DNA of 64,000 nt from Amoeboaphelidium protococcarum X5 (taxonomy: Eukaryota > Fungi > Aphelidiomycota). The stretch lies in assembly GCA_023515725.1 (NCBI GenBank), contig JALDTO010000208.1, forward strand, positions 778,534-842,533, written 5' to 3'. Below the pieces are notes generated by a model. The model was not told the DNA's origin, did no database searches, and worked only from the letters and a program-made list of their open reading frames with translations. A program made the position numbers and the translations under genes. Positions 12,386 to 24,697 of this stretch are shown here, piece after piece (the stretch's first letter is position 1; each line of letters starts with the position of its first letter).

Positions 12386-13138
12386 TCATTTTCTAGCTCT
12401 CTTCCCCCTTTTCTTTGCAGTTTCATTCTTGGGCTCTTCATCATCAGATTGATCTTCGTCAGATTAGTTACTCTTCTGCTTGTTATTTGGTGTAGTAAGC
12501 CAACTCAGCCCTACAGATTTTGATGACGACTGCACACTGCTGCTTACAGTATTCACAACGTCCTCAATCTTCTTTGGCGGTTCCACGAACAGACTACAGC
12601 CATCCAAGCAAATTTGATGACCGTTCCAGGATTCCAATTAACCTGACACGTTCAAAACGCGCTTTGGTTTGAATCCCTTGGAAGAAGTCAGTCCTTCGTA
12701 CCTTCTTGCAAGGTACTTGCAGGTCACTTCAACTTCCTTGTCATACTGATAGACCGAGACACCAACAACAACCTTGCCATTATCACATTTGTTGATAGCA
12801 CCAGTCAAAGTGACATTAGCAGCAGGAGCAAAGCTATCAAACTAAGGGTCCACGGGATAGCACTGCGTCGTGTTGATCATGAGATGCCCATTCTTATGAA
12901 TAAGTTCGCCAGCGATGTAATACAATCCTCCAACTTCAGGAGTGTAGACGCAGAAGTCTCTGCCTGACGCGTTGTCTTTGGGCCAAATGGACAATGTCAG
13001 CTCAGTATCAGGTTTGGTGAATGCAAATATAAATGCAGAGCATATCAGAGGAAATCCATACTCATACTACGAATTAGGATCATTATTCTTGGACTTAGCC
13101 ACAGTCTGAATGCCAACAATACCACTAAAGATTAACAT
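12386..13138 (-). CDS. Helitron-borne protein, probable tandem OB-fold ssDNA-binding protein with acidic/NLS tail, 250 aa
   Basis: Intact TAR=Gln frame, absent from the ORF track. Two beta-rich units (GGLYYIAGELIHKNGHLMINTTQCYPV; ANVTLTGAI..KRVLNVSGQLESWNGHQICLD); tail SDEDQSDDEEPKNETAKKRGRARK. The OB-fold call is inferred from the strand pattern. Confidence 0.7.
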
Positions 13139-13733
13139 TTGAAACAGCGGGGCTTATTGATTTGGTTGATCTAATTTTAGATTTTCAACTTTGACTGATC
13201 GATGTGAGGAAGAAAGTGAAGTATATGATAGTTGCGCTTTTATAGTGGTGCTCTATATTTAGTTAAATTGTGGTAGTCTGATTTAGTATCTCAATAATTT
13301 GATGCGATTTGTTGTCAATATATGTAATTTGTTTAGTGCCGCGTTTAGTAAAATGTACTCCTGATTTGGAAATTTCCGAGCCTGATTCGGTAACTTTTCA
13401 TTTTTTTAGTGGTACAAAATCTTTTTATATAGTTGACTGACATACTACACTTTTAATCCAATCAGCACTTGAGAATTAGTCACAACCAATATTGTTTCAG
13501 GGACCATAGTGGTAATATTAAGCGAGATGAATGCTGCTGCACGATGAGTACATTGCATCTACTCCGCGCGTTTCTCTGAATGTTCGTTCGTTCCGTTCGC
13601 TCTTTCTCTTTTACGATTCAGTTCCTACACTCTATCACTTGAAAGTCACTCGGTATTGAACTTGTCATTGCATTGTCCCTAAGCATAGTATTGATTATAC
13701 ATAGCATTGGTGATACCAGGATTATCTTTTAAG

Positions 13734-16700
13734 ATGGCTAATATTAGAGGTTCAAATCAGCAAGGTTCAAGTGTCAATAGGACGCAGTATCAAATGTCTG
13801 ATCGATTGCAGTTGTTGGAGCGTTTGGATTACTATTACAAGATTGTGTCTGCTATCATTCTGGCCAAGTAGCATCCATGTTCTGGCCTTCTGCCTGCCAG
13901 TACAGCTATTACCACTCACGGTAACTATACTGATGCGTGGGTCAGAGATAATGTCTACTCCATTCTGGCTGTTTATGGTCTTGCACTCGCTTATCGTAGA
14001 TTGGATGATGATCAAGGTCGCACGTACGAGTTGGAACATGCTTGTGTGAAATGTATGCGTGGACTCCTTAATGCCATGATGAAGCAATCTGACAAGGTGG
14101 AAGCTTTCAAGAAGCAGCAGAGTGTTGAGAATGCACTGCATGCAAAGTACAATACGGCCACTGGAGAAACGGTTGTCGGAGATTCTGAGTGGGGACATTT
14201 GTAGTTGGATGCCACCAGCCTGTTCGTCCTAATTCTCGCCTAGATGACTGCCAGTGGTATGCATATTATATACACTGTGGATGAAGTTGATTTTGTGCAG
14301 AATTTGGTTTTCTACATTGAGCGAGCGTATAGAAGCCCAGACTTTTCGCTGTGGGAGCGTGGTAATAAGATCAATCATGGAGAGCCGGAATTGAACTCTT
14401 CAGCCATTGGTATGTGCACAGCTGCTCTGTAGGCTATCAATGGCCTCAATCTATTTGGTGCTAAAGGTGGTAGCTCTTCGGTGATTCACGTGTTGCCCGA
14501 TGAATTTACTAGAAATTTTACTACTCTGCACTCTGCCCTGCCGAGAGAGTCATTAAGTAAGGAGATTGACGCTGGTCTCCTATCTGTTATATCTTATCCT
14601 GCGTTTGCGGTTCATGATACTTAGCTGTTGCGCAATACCAAGTAGGAGATCGTTAGTAAGTTGGGAGGCAACTATGGATTTAAAAGATTTCTGCGTGATG
14701 GTCATTAGACTTCTGTTGAAGATACGAGTAGATTGCATTACAACCCACAGGAGCTAAAAGTTTTTGAAAATATTGAATGTGAATGGCCTCTCTTTTATAC
14801 TTATATGATCCTGGATGGCCTGTTTAATGGCGATGAAGAGCAGGTTGAGAAGTATCGTCAACAGTTGTCTCGTTGTCTGATTAATTCTTCGTCTTTATCC
14901 GCTAATGGACACGCAGGTGGTAGTGATCATCATCATCATCATCATTCCGGTGGTGATGCTGTGACCAGTCATCAGAATTCTTTTAATGGATCAATGCAGC
15001 TGACTGTCATTCAAGAAACGTCCCCGATGGAACGCCCGGCCAACTTGAATGTTCTTCCGCCTGATGTCTTTTTAGTACCAGAGCTGTATATTGTTCCATT
15101 GGACAAGGTTGAGGAAGAGAAAGCTCATCCAAAGTCTCAATAGCGCGTACCTAACGAGAATGTCCCTCTAGTATGGGCGCAAAGTTTGTATCTGCTTGGT
15201 GAGTTGGTTTATGAAAACTTATTGAGTCCTTCTGATATTGATCCTCTTGGTCGTCATATGATGCCAGTGGTTAAATCCAATGCTACAGATGTCATTGTGC
15301 AGATTGCCTTAATTTCTGAGGATACAGCGTTGTAGTAATAGCTATCCACATTCGGATTGGAGAGTTAGACTCCGGATCAGGTTGCCCCTATTACGATTGC
15401 TTCTCCGCATGGTTTGAAAGAGGCTTATAGTGTACTGGGTGCTAATTCCAAGTTGGGTCTGAGTGGTCGACCATAGAGACCGATTGGATCACTAGGAACG
15501 TGTAAGTTGTATCGCGTATCTGGTCGATTGTATGCATTTACACCATAGTTTATGGATTGGGAAGAGTTTTACATGACCATGGATAGCGAGTATCTTATCT
15601 CCGTCATTGAGAGTGAATTGATGTTCGTCCGCAACAATTGGAGTCTGCCTGGACGCCCGACAATGGTAATGATGTTGACTCATTCCAATATCGGACCTAT
15701 GCTTCTGCAGCAGAATAAGTACACGGCCAATCAGAGTTATGGTAGGAATCAATAGAAGGTGTTTGATTTTATGATGACTCTGAGAACGGGAGTTATTTCT
15801 AATGGTGTGCGTGTAAAGTTGGGCAGACTGCATGAGTTGGTGAGCACTTCTTGCATTCAAAGTCTGGACTTCCTGACCACTAAGATTGAGTAAGGCTATT
15901 TGAATTCTGCAATTGAAATTGCGGATGGCCGCCGAGTAGTTAATTGGGAGCAGCTGTTAGGAGGTGTCAAATAACGTAAGAAGTGGGACTCTAAATTGAA
16001 TCTTGGTCCAGAGTTTAGTATCTCCAAGTCTGCAGGTGCTTCTCTGTCTAGTTCTGGTGGAGCGGGGAGTTTAAGTAAAATTCGCAGGTAGGATAGTTAT
16101 GAGTTGAGAACAAAGGAAACCTCTCGTAGCAAGTACACTGTCGGGCCACCTAAGAATACAAGCGAGTTCAAGTTGAAAGTTGCAGAGATTGATCACACTC
16201 TACACCCAGATTCTCCTGCTCATACTCACAAGAGATCTCATACCTATAGCTAGACGAGTAGTAGTAGCACCGCTGCTCACACCAAGATTGGAGATGTGGA
16301 GAGATTGAAATTGAAGCTTGGCGATAGTTCTCAGCTGAATTTTGCAATTAATTAACTAAGTAATTCTATGAATCTGTATGATCAGGCTGATTTGTTATAC
16401 TACATCTCCAGCTGCAAAGGATTTGATTTTGTTGTTCATTTGTAAAATCAAGATGGTTCGGCTTCCACTTCGTAGTCCACTGTAAGGGAACTTGTTTAGG
16501 AAGTTTATGAGAATGCTATGAACTTGAAAATGTGGGAAGTTGTGCGTGAGGCTGCAGATATGTTGAAGAAAGTGGCTAGTAGTTTGACTATTTCTGTTAC
16601 CGACCTACTTATTAGGTAGACTTATATCACATTTGGTCACGGGAATGATGAATATACCTTGTTGAAGCCTGTGTCTCCTGACTAGTTGACAAAGATCATT

Positions 16701-18155
16701 TATCAAAAGTGTCACGGTGAATTGGGAATGGCACCGTTGTATCAAGAGCTATTGCTGTATTTGAGCAGCTTTATAAAGTCTGAGCCACATCTATTCAGTT
16801 CCATGTACAGAGTGAGAATTCATTTTATCATCTCTGCAATGTTGGAGCAGATTCAGTTTTTGCGTCAGTGTGATCAAGGTGCTAGCATGGACATTCTGTT
16901 GAAGTTGTCTCCTATGGATATCAAGACACTGTTGGGCTATATTCTGCGCGCAAAAGACTCTTTGTGCACTTCCTTGGCCACTGAGAATGCTTTGTACCAG
17001 ATTCCTCTTCTGTCACCTGGGAATAATGGATTGGAGATCAATTTGACAGTTCAAAGTGCTGGCTATTATGACGGATCATTTGCTAATATTGGCGTGAGTG
17101 GTCAGTATATTGTGAAGGGCGGCTAGCGCGGTCTCAATGTTGCGATTGTGAGCATGACCGAAGGCTCTGTGTGTAGTGTTGAGCATTTCGATACCTGGGC
17201 TAGTGGTGAGTAATCAGACAAGTTTATTGCGTTCGTTGAGAATAATTGCGGTGCTCCCAATGGTAACAGTGGGAAGTTTTTGTTGATATCAGTGCGCGAT
17301 GAGGCCACTGAGAGAATGACAGATAGATGCAAAGAGTTTTTGAAGTCTCTGGGGTCCAATGATATCAAGTACTTGAAGTATCGCGATTCTTGGTGTATGA
17401 TTTGCTAGTACCTGAACGGTGAATGGAGTCTGTTGGTTGAGCATTTACAAGCTGCAAAGAATGGATCTACTCCAGTTATTGAACATACGTACCATAAGCG
17501 GCAGTAAAGTGAAGAGGACGTCGAAGAGGGAGATTAATTCTAGCCGTTGCAACACCTCCGTTCTGAACGTGTCCTGCCATCTAAAGGTTAATGGGGCCGT
17601 CGCAGAAAGATTGAGGGTGCGTTGTAGAGAACTCCATTTAACTTTTACCCAATGATTCATCGCATGTTGGAGCGTGTTAGAACTGGTATGAAGGTTGGCT
17701 CTTTCACTCTATCCCGTAATCCGACTGTTAGTGAAAAGACGCCCGAGGAAATAAGTTTTGCCCTGCTGGTGGATTCGATGTTGAGTTATATTGATCCGGC
17801 AGAGAGAATGATCGCTATAGAATGTCTGACTATATTGTACGATGTTGATTAGGTGCATAATAATTTGGATTTCTTGTCAAAGGTGGACGTGTTGGATATT
17901 GCGTCGCTGCTGGAATGCGCTTATCAACTGCATTGGGATGCGTTTATAAACACGGAAGTTAGAAAGTCAATTGCTACTGAATAGAAGCAGCAGAGTCCAA
18001 GTGAACAAGATATCCAATCAATGAAGAGTTAATATCAGTACTGTTAACACAAGGATGTGGCGAAGAAGCTGTTCATCGACTTGCCTGACATTGAAACGAA
18101 AGGCTTCTATGCATCTGCTATAGCGAAAACGTTTGGAATTAAACTGGATCAATGA
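13734..18155 (+). CDS. Phosphorylase kinase regulatory alpha/beta-like protein (GH15-like) with inserted ILEI/GG domain, 1473 aa
   Basis: K[TAG][23 protein letters not shown][TAG]LDATSL, LA[TAG][35 protein letters not shown]. All six in-frame track ORFs share one frame; intronless. Confidence 0.92.
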
Positions 18156-18626
18156 TATTCCATCTAGAACTTGTAAACTCAATAATAAATCTTGACGAAC
18201 TTGTCATAGGGTCGATCGTTTTGCTTTCTCTTATGATCCTATCATTACTTTGAGTTTACGCTAGTCTTTGGTTTTTATTTACACTTGTCAACAATTACCT
18301 CTTATTCACTTGCATATCCAAGGCAAAGAGAGAAACAACAAGTACATTATCAATGAAGATGGAGAGGGCGCGCATAATATCCTCAAGAAGCAATGTCTAA
18401 CGTTGACACTTTCAGGCTTTATGAATGATCGTAATATTCTGCTTAGCAACGGCCGCCCGCCATTGTTCTCGCTTCTTGACCAAACACCACAACGGAGAAG
18501 ATAAACAAAGTCCATCCAGAAAATAGACATCTTTCGTTGTGACTTTACTTACATCAACAATAACAACAACCTCAGCATAAATATATATTTATATACTTAT
18601 ATTAATTTAAGTTTTTAAATTAGAAA

Positions 18627-20879
18627 ATGTCTGGAAGCAATAGTTAGACTTCTTGGGATAGTAATTTTTGGGTAAGTTTTCATCTAGTTGTTTCAATCCA
18701 TAAATGACATACAATGAGATTCGAAATACTCATATGATGATGAGTGTAGGGAGAGGGTAATAAAGGATTCGCCGTTGTTGATAATAGATTGGAGGAGGGA
18801 TTTAATTCGTTGAATGAATTTTCAGGATATTTCGGTAATCGTGCCAAGCTGGAGACTGAGTATGCAACCCATCTGGAGGCATTGGCCAAGAGCTCTGCTT
18901 TCAAGGCAGATCACGGCACTCTGAAGGCTGTTCTGGACAAGCTGATTGTCACAACTCATCAACTGAATGAGATGCACTTATCATTTGCCAAGAAACTCAT
19001 TCAGGATGTCGATGTTCCACTGGGCAAGTTTAAGAATGCACAGCGTCAGTTGAAGAAGCATCATGAGGCAGAGATGGATAAGGCGACCAAGAATGTCCAG
19101 AAGGAGGTGCTTAATGTGGACAAGTTGAAGAAGGATTACTATGCCAAGTGCAATGCCATGAAAGCCGCTGTCCAGACTGCTGCTAAAGGTCAGACTGATC
19201 GCATGACCAAGAAGGAGTATGAGAAGATTCAGGAGAAGGCTATCAAGGCCAAGAAGGATGTGGACACCTCCGAGTTGGAATATAAAAATGCCGTCAAGAA
19301 GTATGAGCAGGCACAGGATGTCTGGGATGAGAAAATGGCTCAGGCTGCACAGGAGATTCAGCGCAATGAGAATGAACGTCTGGCACTGATAAAGTCCACT
19401 CTGGCCAATATTTTGGATGCCCAATTGAAGATGATCAGTGATGCTCATGTGAAGAACATCAACGAACTTCGCCAGTCTGTAGAGTCTATCAATGTGGATG
19501 CTGATATGAATGAGTGGATGAATAAGAATAAGACTGGAGATGTGAAGGCTGTGCGTATAAAGTTTGAGAGTTTCTTTGGTGATGTTGCACCTAAGAAGGC
19601 TGCCATGATCCGCTCCTCCAGTTAGCGAGGTGGATTGAATGGCAGTTAGGGTGATTTGCTGTCTTAGACTTCATCCCAGGCCGGCATTAATCGCAGCAAG
19701 ACTAATTTGCTGTCGAGCATCAAGGCAGCTAAAGAGAATGAATCTAATGCTGCCCTCCATGCTAGTGGAAGTAGCTCTAATGTGAAGGCTGCACTGGCTG
19801 CTCACTTGTTATAGAGCTAGAACTCTTAGTCTGGCGCGGCGATTAGTGAAAATGATGTCAGTCGTGCACGTTCCTCTTTGAAGAATTTGAGTATTGCAGG
19901 TAACAATAACTAATCCAATTCGAATTTGAGCTCACCATTATCTGCAGTTGCGGCAGTGGCAGAGAGGCCGCAGTCAGAAGAGTAGCCATCACGATAGGTT
20001 GTGGCTGCGCCGGAGAATTCTAAAAAGTAGGAGGAATCCAGCGAATAAGCTCCTGCTGCCAGTAAGAATGAGAAAGTGGAGCAAGTTAAAGCTGCCAGTG
20101 AAAGCGCTAGAAAGCTAACTATTGAGACGCAATAACGTCCGACTGATCTTGTGAAGGACGGTGTGGCTGCTGAGGAGTAGCAATAGCAATAAGAAACAGT
20201 TAAGGCGGCGAAAGATGCTGAAGATTCTTAAAACGCTGCTGCAGCTGCTGCTGAAAATAAGAGACAGTCTGCATTAAAGACCGCTGATTCTGGATTTGGC
20301 GCATCTCCAATGACGGCCAGTGTCTCTGCTCAAGCTTAGAAATTTGAGTAGGCCGCTTAGTCTAATTCGACTGCTACTGCCACCTCTCCTATTAGAGAAA
20401 CAGCGCCTTAAGTGAATGCTAGCGAGAAGAAGCCTGCAGAGTAGTAGTAGCAGTCCTCAGAGTAGAGTGCGAAGGCGTAGAATCCTCAAGTCGCCGCTGT
20501 AGCTGCAAAGGAGCGCGTGTTCACCAGACGATCCATCAAAATGGAAGGATGGATGGACGTGTGTGACGATAGCAACAAACAGTGGGTTAAGCGTTGGTGT
20601 GCTTTAGAAGGTGGCTATATCTGGTTCTTTGAAGATTAGGCAGATAATAGTAAACCACAGGGAATGAATAAGCCTAAATCTATGGCCAGCGTGGCCAAGA
20701 GTACTCTATCTAGAGGTAATTAGGTGCAAGGTTGGGAAGTGCCAGATGTTGCTGCAAAAGGTCCTCATCTTTTGACTCTGAATGTTGGCGGCAAGAGGTA
20801 GATGCTCCTCTCGTGCACTGATGAAGATGACTGCAACTACTGGTACGAGCAGATTGATTCTGTCATTAAAAAGAAGTGA
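18627..20879 (+). CDS. F-BAR (FCH) + C-terminal PH domain protein; exons 18627-18671, 18750-20879
   Basis: SWDSNFW|GEGNKGF..RAKLETEYATHLEALAK F-BAR start across a GTAAGT..TAG intron (18672-18749); Gln/Ala/Ser-rich linker; PH: MEGWMDV..WVKRWCALEGGYIWFFE..CNYWYEQIDSVI. Confidence 0.88.
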
Positions 20880-21191
20880 GTCTTTGAGCTTTACCCGCTG
20901 CGTACAGTATTAATTTGTTGATTGAGTTATGGATTGATATACGCGATGAGATGATGAAGATGTTGTTGGTAATGGTGATGATGATAAAGAAGCTATGAGA
21001 GAATATAAAAATGTTTTAAAATGTTGGTCTTTGTTTTGATCATTTATATCGTAGAAGTTGCTTTACAATACGCGCCTTATATGCTTATCTAACCAAGGCT
21101 TGTAAGGGGCCTTACCAATCGTAGTCTCCATTTTCATCAGATAAAGAATCCAAAAGGTTTTGTAAAATTAACGGGCAATTTCTCGTGTGGT

Positions 21192-22544
21192 ATGGTCAAC
21201 TTCAATGTCATTAATTCAGCCTTATTATTACTATAATTTGGATCGCTCCTCTTTGTGATTATACATAGTGCCCTCAGTGTGTCTAATAATTCACGATTTA
21301 CTGATAATGAAGGGGAATATGCTTTAGAATCAGTCACTAAACTCAATAAAAGTCTTGTTAATAACAACAGCGGAAATAATGATTTGCATTATATGCGACA
21401 AGATTTTGGATAATTACCGCCTATTTAATATTTAAATGATGATGATGATGATGGCTAGTAGTAGCGTGATGTGAATGCTACCTCGCATAGTAGAGTTGTA
21501 AATGAAAGAGTGGATGATCGCGTTCTGGATAATCTAAGTCTTTATGCAGAGCTAAGCGTGATGTCTTCTCATTGTCTGCATGATGCGTGTCTTGGCAATT
21601 TCGCTCATTGTCTTCATCGTTTATTTAAAAAGAAATTACTAACTGATCGTTTATTAAATAGAGGACACAGCAAGTTTACTGTTATTTAAAAGATTTCCAC
21701 TTATAATCAAGAGTGGCTGGTAGGCGGGGAGGCGCTGATTGGTTCGGTGACTATAGCTGACTAGAAGAAGGCCATTGTTATATCTTTCCATGGCAGCACT
21801 CGGCTCTCAGACTGGTTAAATGATTTCGCAATATGGTAATCGTAATACGTACCTATATCCGAGAAGGATCTATCCGGTGCAACTGGAAAGCTAGATCAAA
21901 ATCTTGTGAAAGCCAAAGTCCATGCTGGTATCTGGGCTATTTACTTGAAATTGCGACAGTCAGTAATAGAGGCGATCAAACGCATTATTAGATCATCAGA
22001 CTCCATTACAAAGTATACCTCAATTAGACTTACAGGCCATTCGTTAGGTGGAGCTCTCTCCTACTTTTTGATGTTGGATTTGGCCGTTCTGAAAATTGAA
22101 TATGCAGAATTTCAGGCTGTAGATCTGATTGACATTTATATTTATGGAACACCTAAGGTCGGCAATAAATGGTTTAATCTATATGCTTATTCTGTGCTTA
22201 ATCAGTTGAAAGATACTATTGCTATAAATCGCGTGGTTCACGCCAATGATCTAGTTCCTAGACTGCCACCAACGTAGCTCGGCTATTTGGACTACCTTGA
22301 CAGTCGTAACGGAACTTTCTACTGGCTCGATGGTAATGGAACAGCCCATAAGTGCGTCCATTTGTAGTAGAGCCATACTTCATCATCAATTAATAATGCT
22401 GGAGTAAAGCAGTGGGATACTTTGTAGATGAATAGATCGTCTTTCGATCGCTTGTGCCGTTTTCATGGCTGGACCAGGCGCGGCCATTCGAGTTACTTCA
22501 CAAAGCAGTGGCTGGTTAAGAAGGAGTGCAAGAAGTTAAAGTGA
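21192..22544 (+). CDS. Secreted class 3 lipase, 450 aa
   Basis: Hydrophobic N-terminus; ISFHGS, KVHAG, LTGHSLGG nucleophile, YGTPKVGN, RVVHANDLVPRLPP. Confidence 0.9.
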
Positions 22545-22842
22545 CCACAAGGTAAATTCGAATTCGATTTGCTCATTAGATGTTATAATCTTTTGGCCTC
22601 TCTTTTACTACAATCTTGATATTTTTCTACCAAAGAATGACTGACACTCTTGGCTATACCATGCGGTCTCAAATAATCTGATCGCCTCTTTGATAAGCCA
22701 CCGTGAGAGAATTACTCGGAAATTCGTTAACCTGCTCAGCCCCTCTGATAGTCACTTTTACCTTCTTCTATTTAAGGACCTTTTTGTAATATTGCTCTAT
22801 TTAAAAGTATCCCCCAATTTAGATAGTAGCTAACATTCGATC

Positions 22843-24324
22843 ATGTATTATATTGCGAAGATCTTATTTTTCGCTGCATGCTACCTCTCCGAGCAAATTG
22901 CTTTCCAGTCTCAGTCTAATATGATGTTGAGTGACATTGCTGCTGACAGGTACGTTAGGGAGCCTGTTGATGGTAGTTATCAACGATTTGTTATTGGTAG
23001 TCACATTGGGCCATTCGATGTGGATTATGCATCTTCTGACTCCGCTGGTGAATCCTCGCATGGTAAGGTTGGTGGACAGCTGGTAAAACCTCCGAGTAGA
23101 TTGCATGTGACTGTTCCGTTGAATGGTTTACGCGCTGAAGATGGTTTTGCTGACAAGTCTAATCCCGAGGCATCAAAGGGTAAAAAGCGTTCTGTTACCA
23201 TATTTTTGGGTGGTATGATCGGACTGGTGCCCATCTACTGGTATTATGATGCTATGGCGCGTCTAAGTATTGCGGGTGACGGTATGGTGGTCGTGGCTTT
23301 GGATATGCTGACTGAGTTCCCGTAGAGCTATGTGGGTGTGGCAGATGTTGTGGATAAAGTCTAGCAATGGATTGAAGGTGGCCATCTGTAGGATTATATT
23401 GAACGCGAACTCGGTGTGGAATATGCTCTCAACATTGATACTTTCAATCTGATGTCTCATTCCAGTGGTGCTTAGTCTATGATATACTTATGGAAGCACA
23501 AGTTACAGAATGGATACAGATATAATTCCCTACTGTTGTGGGATCCTGTTGATGCTATGGGTGAATATAAGGATATTGCCGATGTTGACGTTCAAGGTAT
23601 TGAGTTACCACCGCCAGTGCTGGATCCTTCCAATGCTGACCAGTTCAAAGATCATGACACTCCATTCTTTATCATTTCTACTGGTCTGTGCCACTTGCCA
23701 AGCATCAACATCAAACCACCAAAGTTTGTTCGTGACAAGCTGCGTAAATGGCTTCCACCTATTTTCGACTTGGATAAGAGCGTGGTGCCTGCTTGCTGTC
23801 CTGACAAGCTTGGACCAGAGAGATTCTACAAGGCTCTATCTGGTCATTAGTCAAAGCTATTCGCTGGTTACCAAGATGCTAATAACAAGCATTATGGAAA
23901 TGCTTCAGATTTAGTTCTGACCGGTCATGCCACTGGCTATCACTTGAACATGACTCATATTGGTCATTGTGATGTGTTGGATGATTTCTGGAGTTTTGCA
24001 AGTAACCAGTTGAAGATGTGCCGAACTATTATACAGGACAGACTGAAGACGCATAAATGGTTTTCACCTGATGATCCGAGTGGAGATCATTACGGCGGCT
24101 TTGAGGGATATAAGCGTGCTCATAAGCTAAGTGACTTCAGAATGGCGTTCAGTTCTTCTACCGCTGCATTTCTGGATTATATTAATGCGGATGCAAGTAA
24201 GAAGTTGAAGTCATCAGCGAAGAACTATCTCGATCGCTTATTTGCCTCCGATTCAAATGTTGAACATGAGACCAAGCGTGAGAGTGTTGAATCTCGTACT
24301 CGCAGCGCATCCATCAATAACTGA
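22843..24324 (+). CDS. Secreted chlorophyllase-like alpha/beta hydrolase, 493 aa
   Basis: Signal peptide; PPSRLHVTVP, LMSHSSGA (nucleophile Ser), LLWDPVDAM (acid), VPACCP, GHCDVLDD (His) mirror chlorophyllase motifs GHSRGG, DPVDG, CAP, GHMDMLDD. Confidence 0.75.
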
Positions 24325-24697
24325 TATTATCAAAAATGCTTAGTATCTGAACTATCTACTCGGGCCGATTTGATACGTGTAACAAGTGAACAAGAGGAGA
24401 TACTTAACGATAAAATTATAATCCAACTTTTGAGCTTCTTTTTTTATACTCTCATAACTTAGCCGTATATCAGATATTTCAGCGCACAAAAAAAATTTTT
24501 CCATTTTGTCTTTCTGTTTTTTCTCAAAGCATCACTACAGATAATTCAACTTTATCTTGGTCATTGTCCGCGTAATCAGAAAACTCCCGATTCATGAAAT
24601 GATCGAGTGATTTCAAGGAGAAGGATCAAGAGTAAGCGAATATTCTTCGCACTCGATAAGCTGAAAGTTACAAAGTTATATCACTGTAAAAGTGGAG

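Larger units (their letters stand above)
11780..13436 (-). mobile_element. Non-autonomous Helitron (rolling-circle transposon), ~1.66 kb
   Basis: Minus-strand 3' end GGCGCGCG-GAA-CGCGCGCC hairpin (11788-11806), then CACA-CTAG (11780-11783), then T. Decayed helicase motif VI just upstream. Candidate 5' end TCAACTATATAAAAAG at 13436 (less certain). AT-rich interior. Confidence 0.8.

Noticed and set aside
14925-14945. (CAT)n His6 tract resembling an engineered tag
   Set aside because: Natural microsatellite inside a low-complexity loop of the PhK-like protein; no vector sequence.
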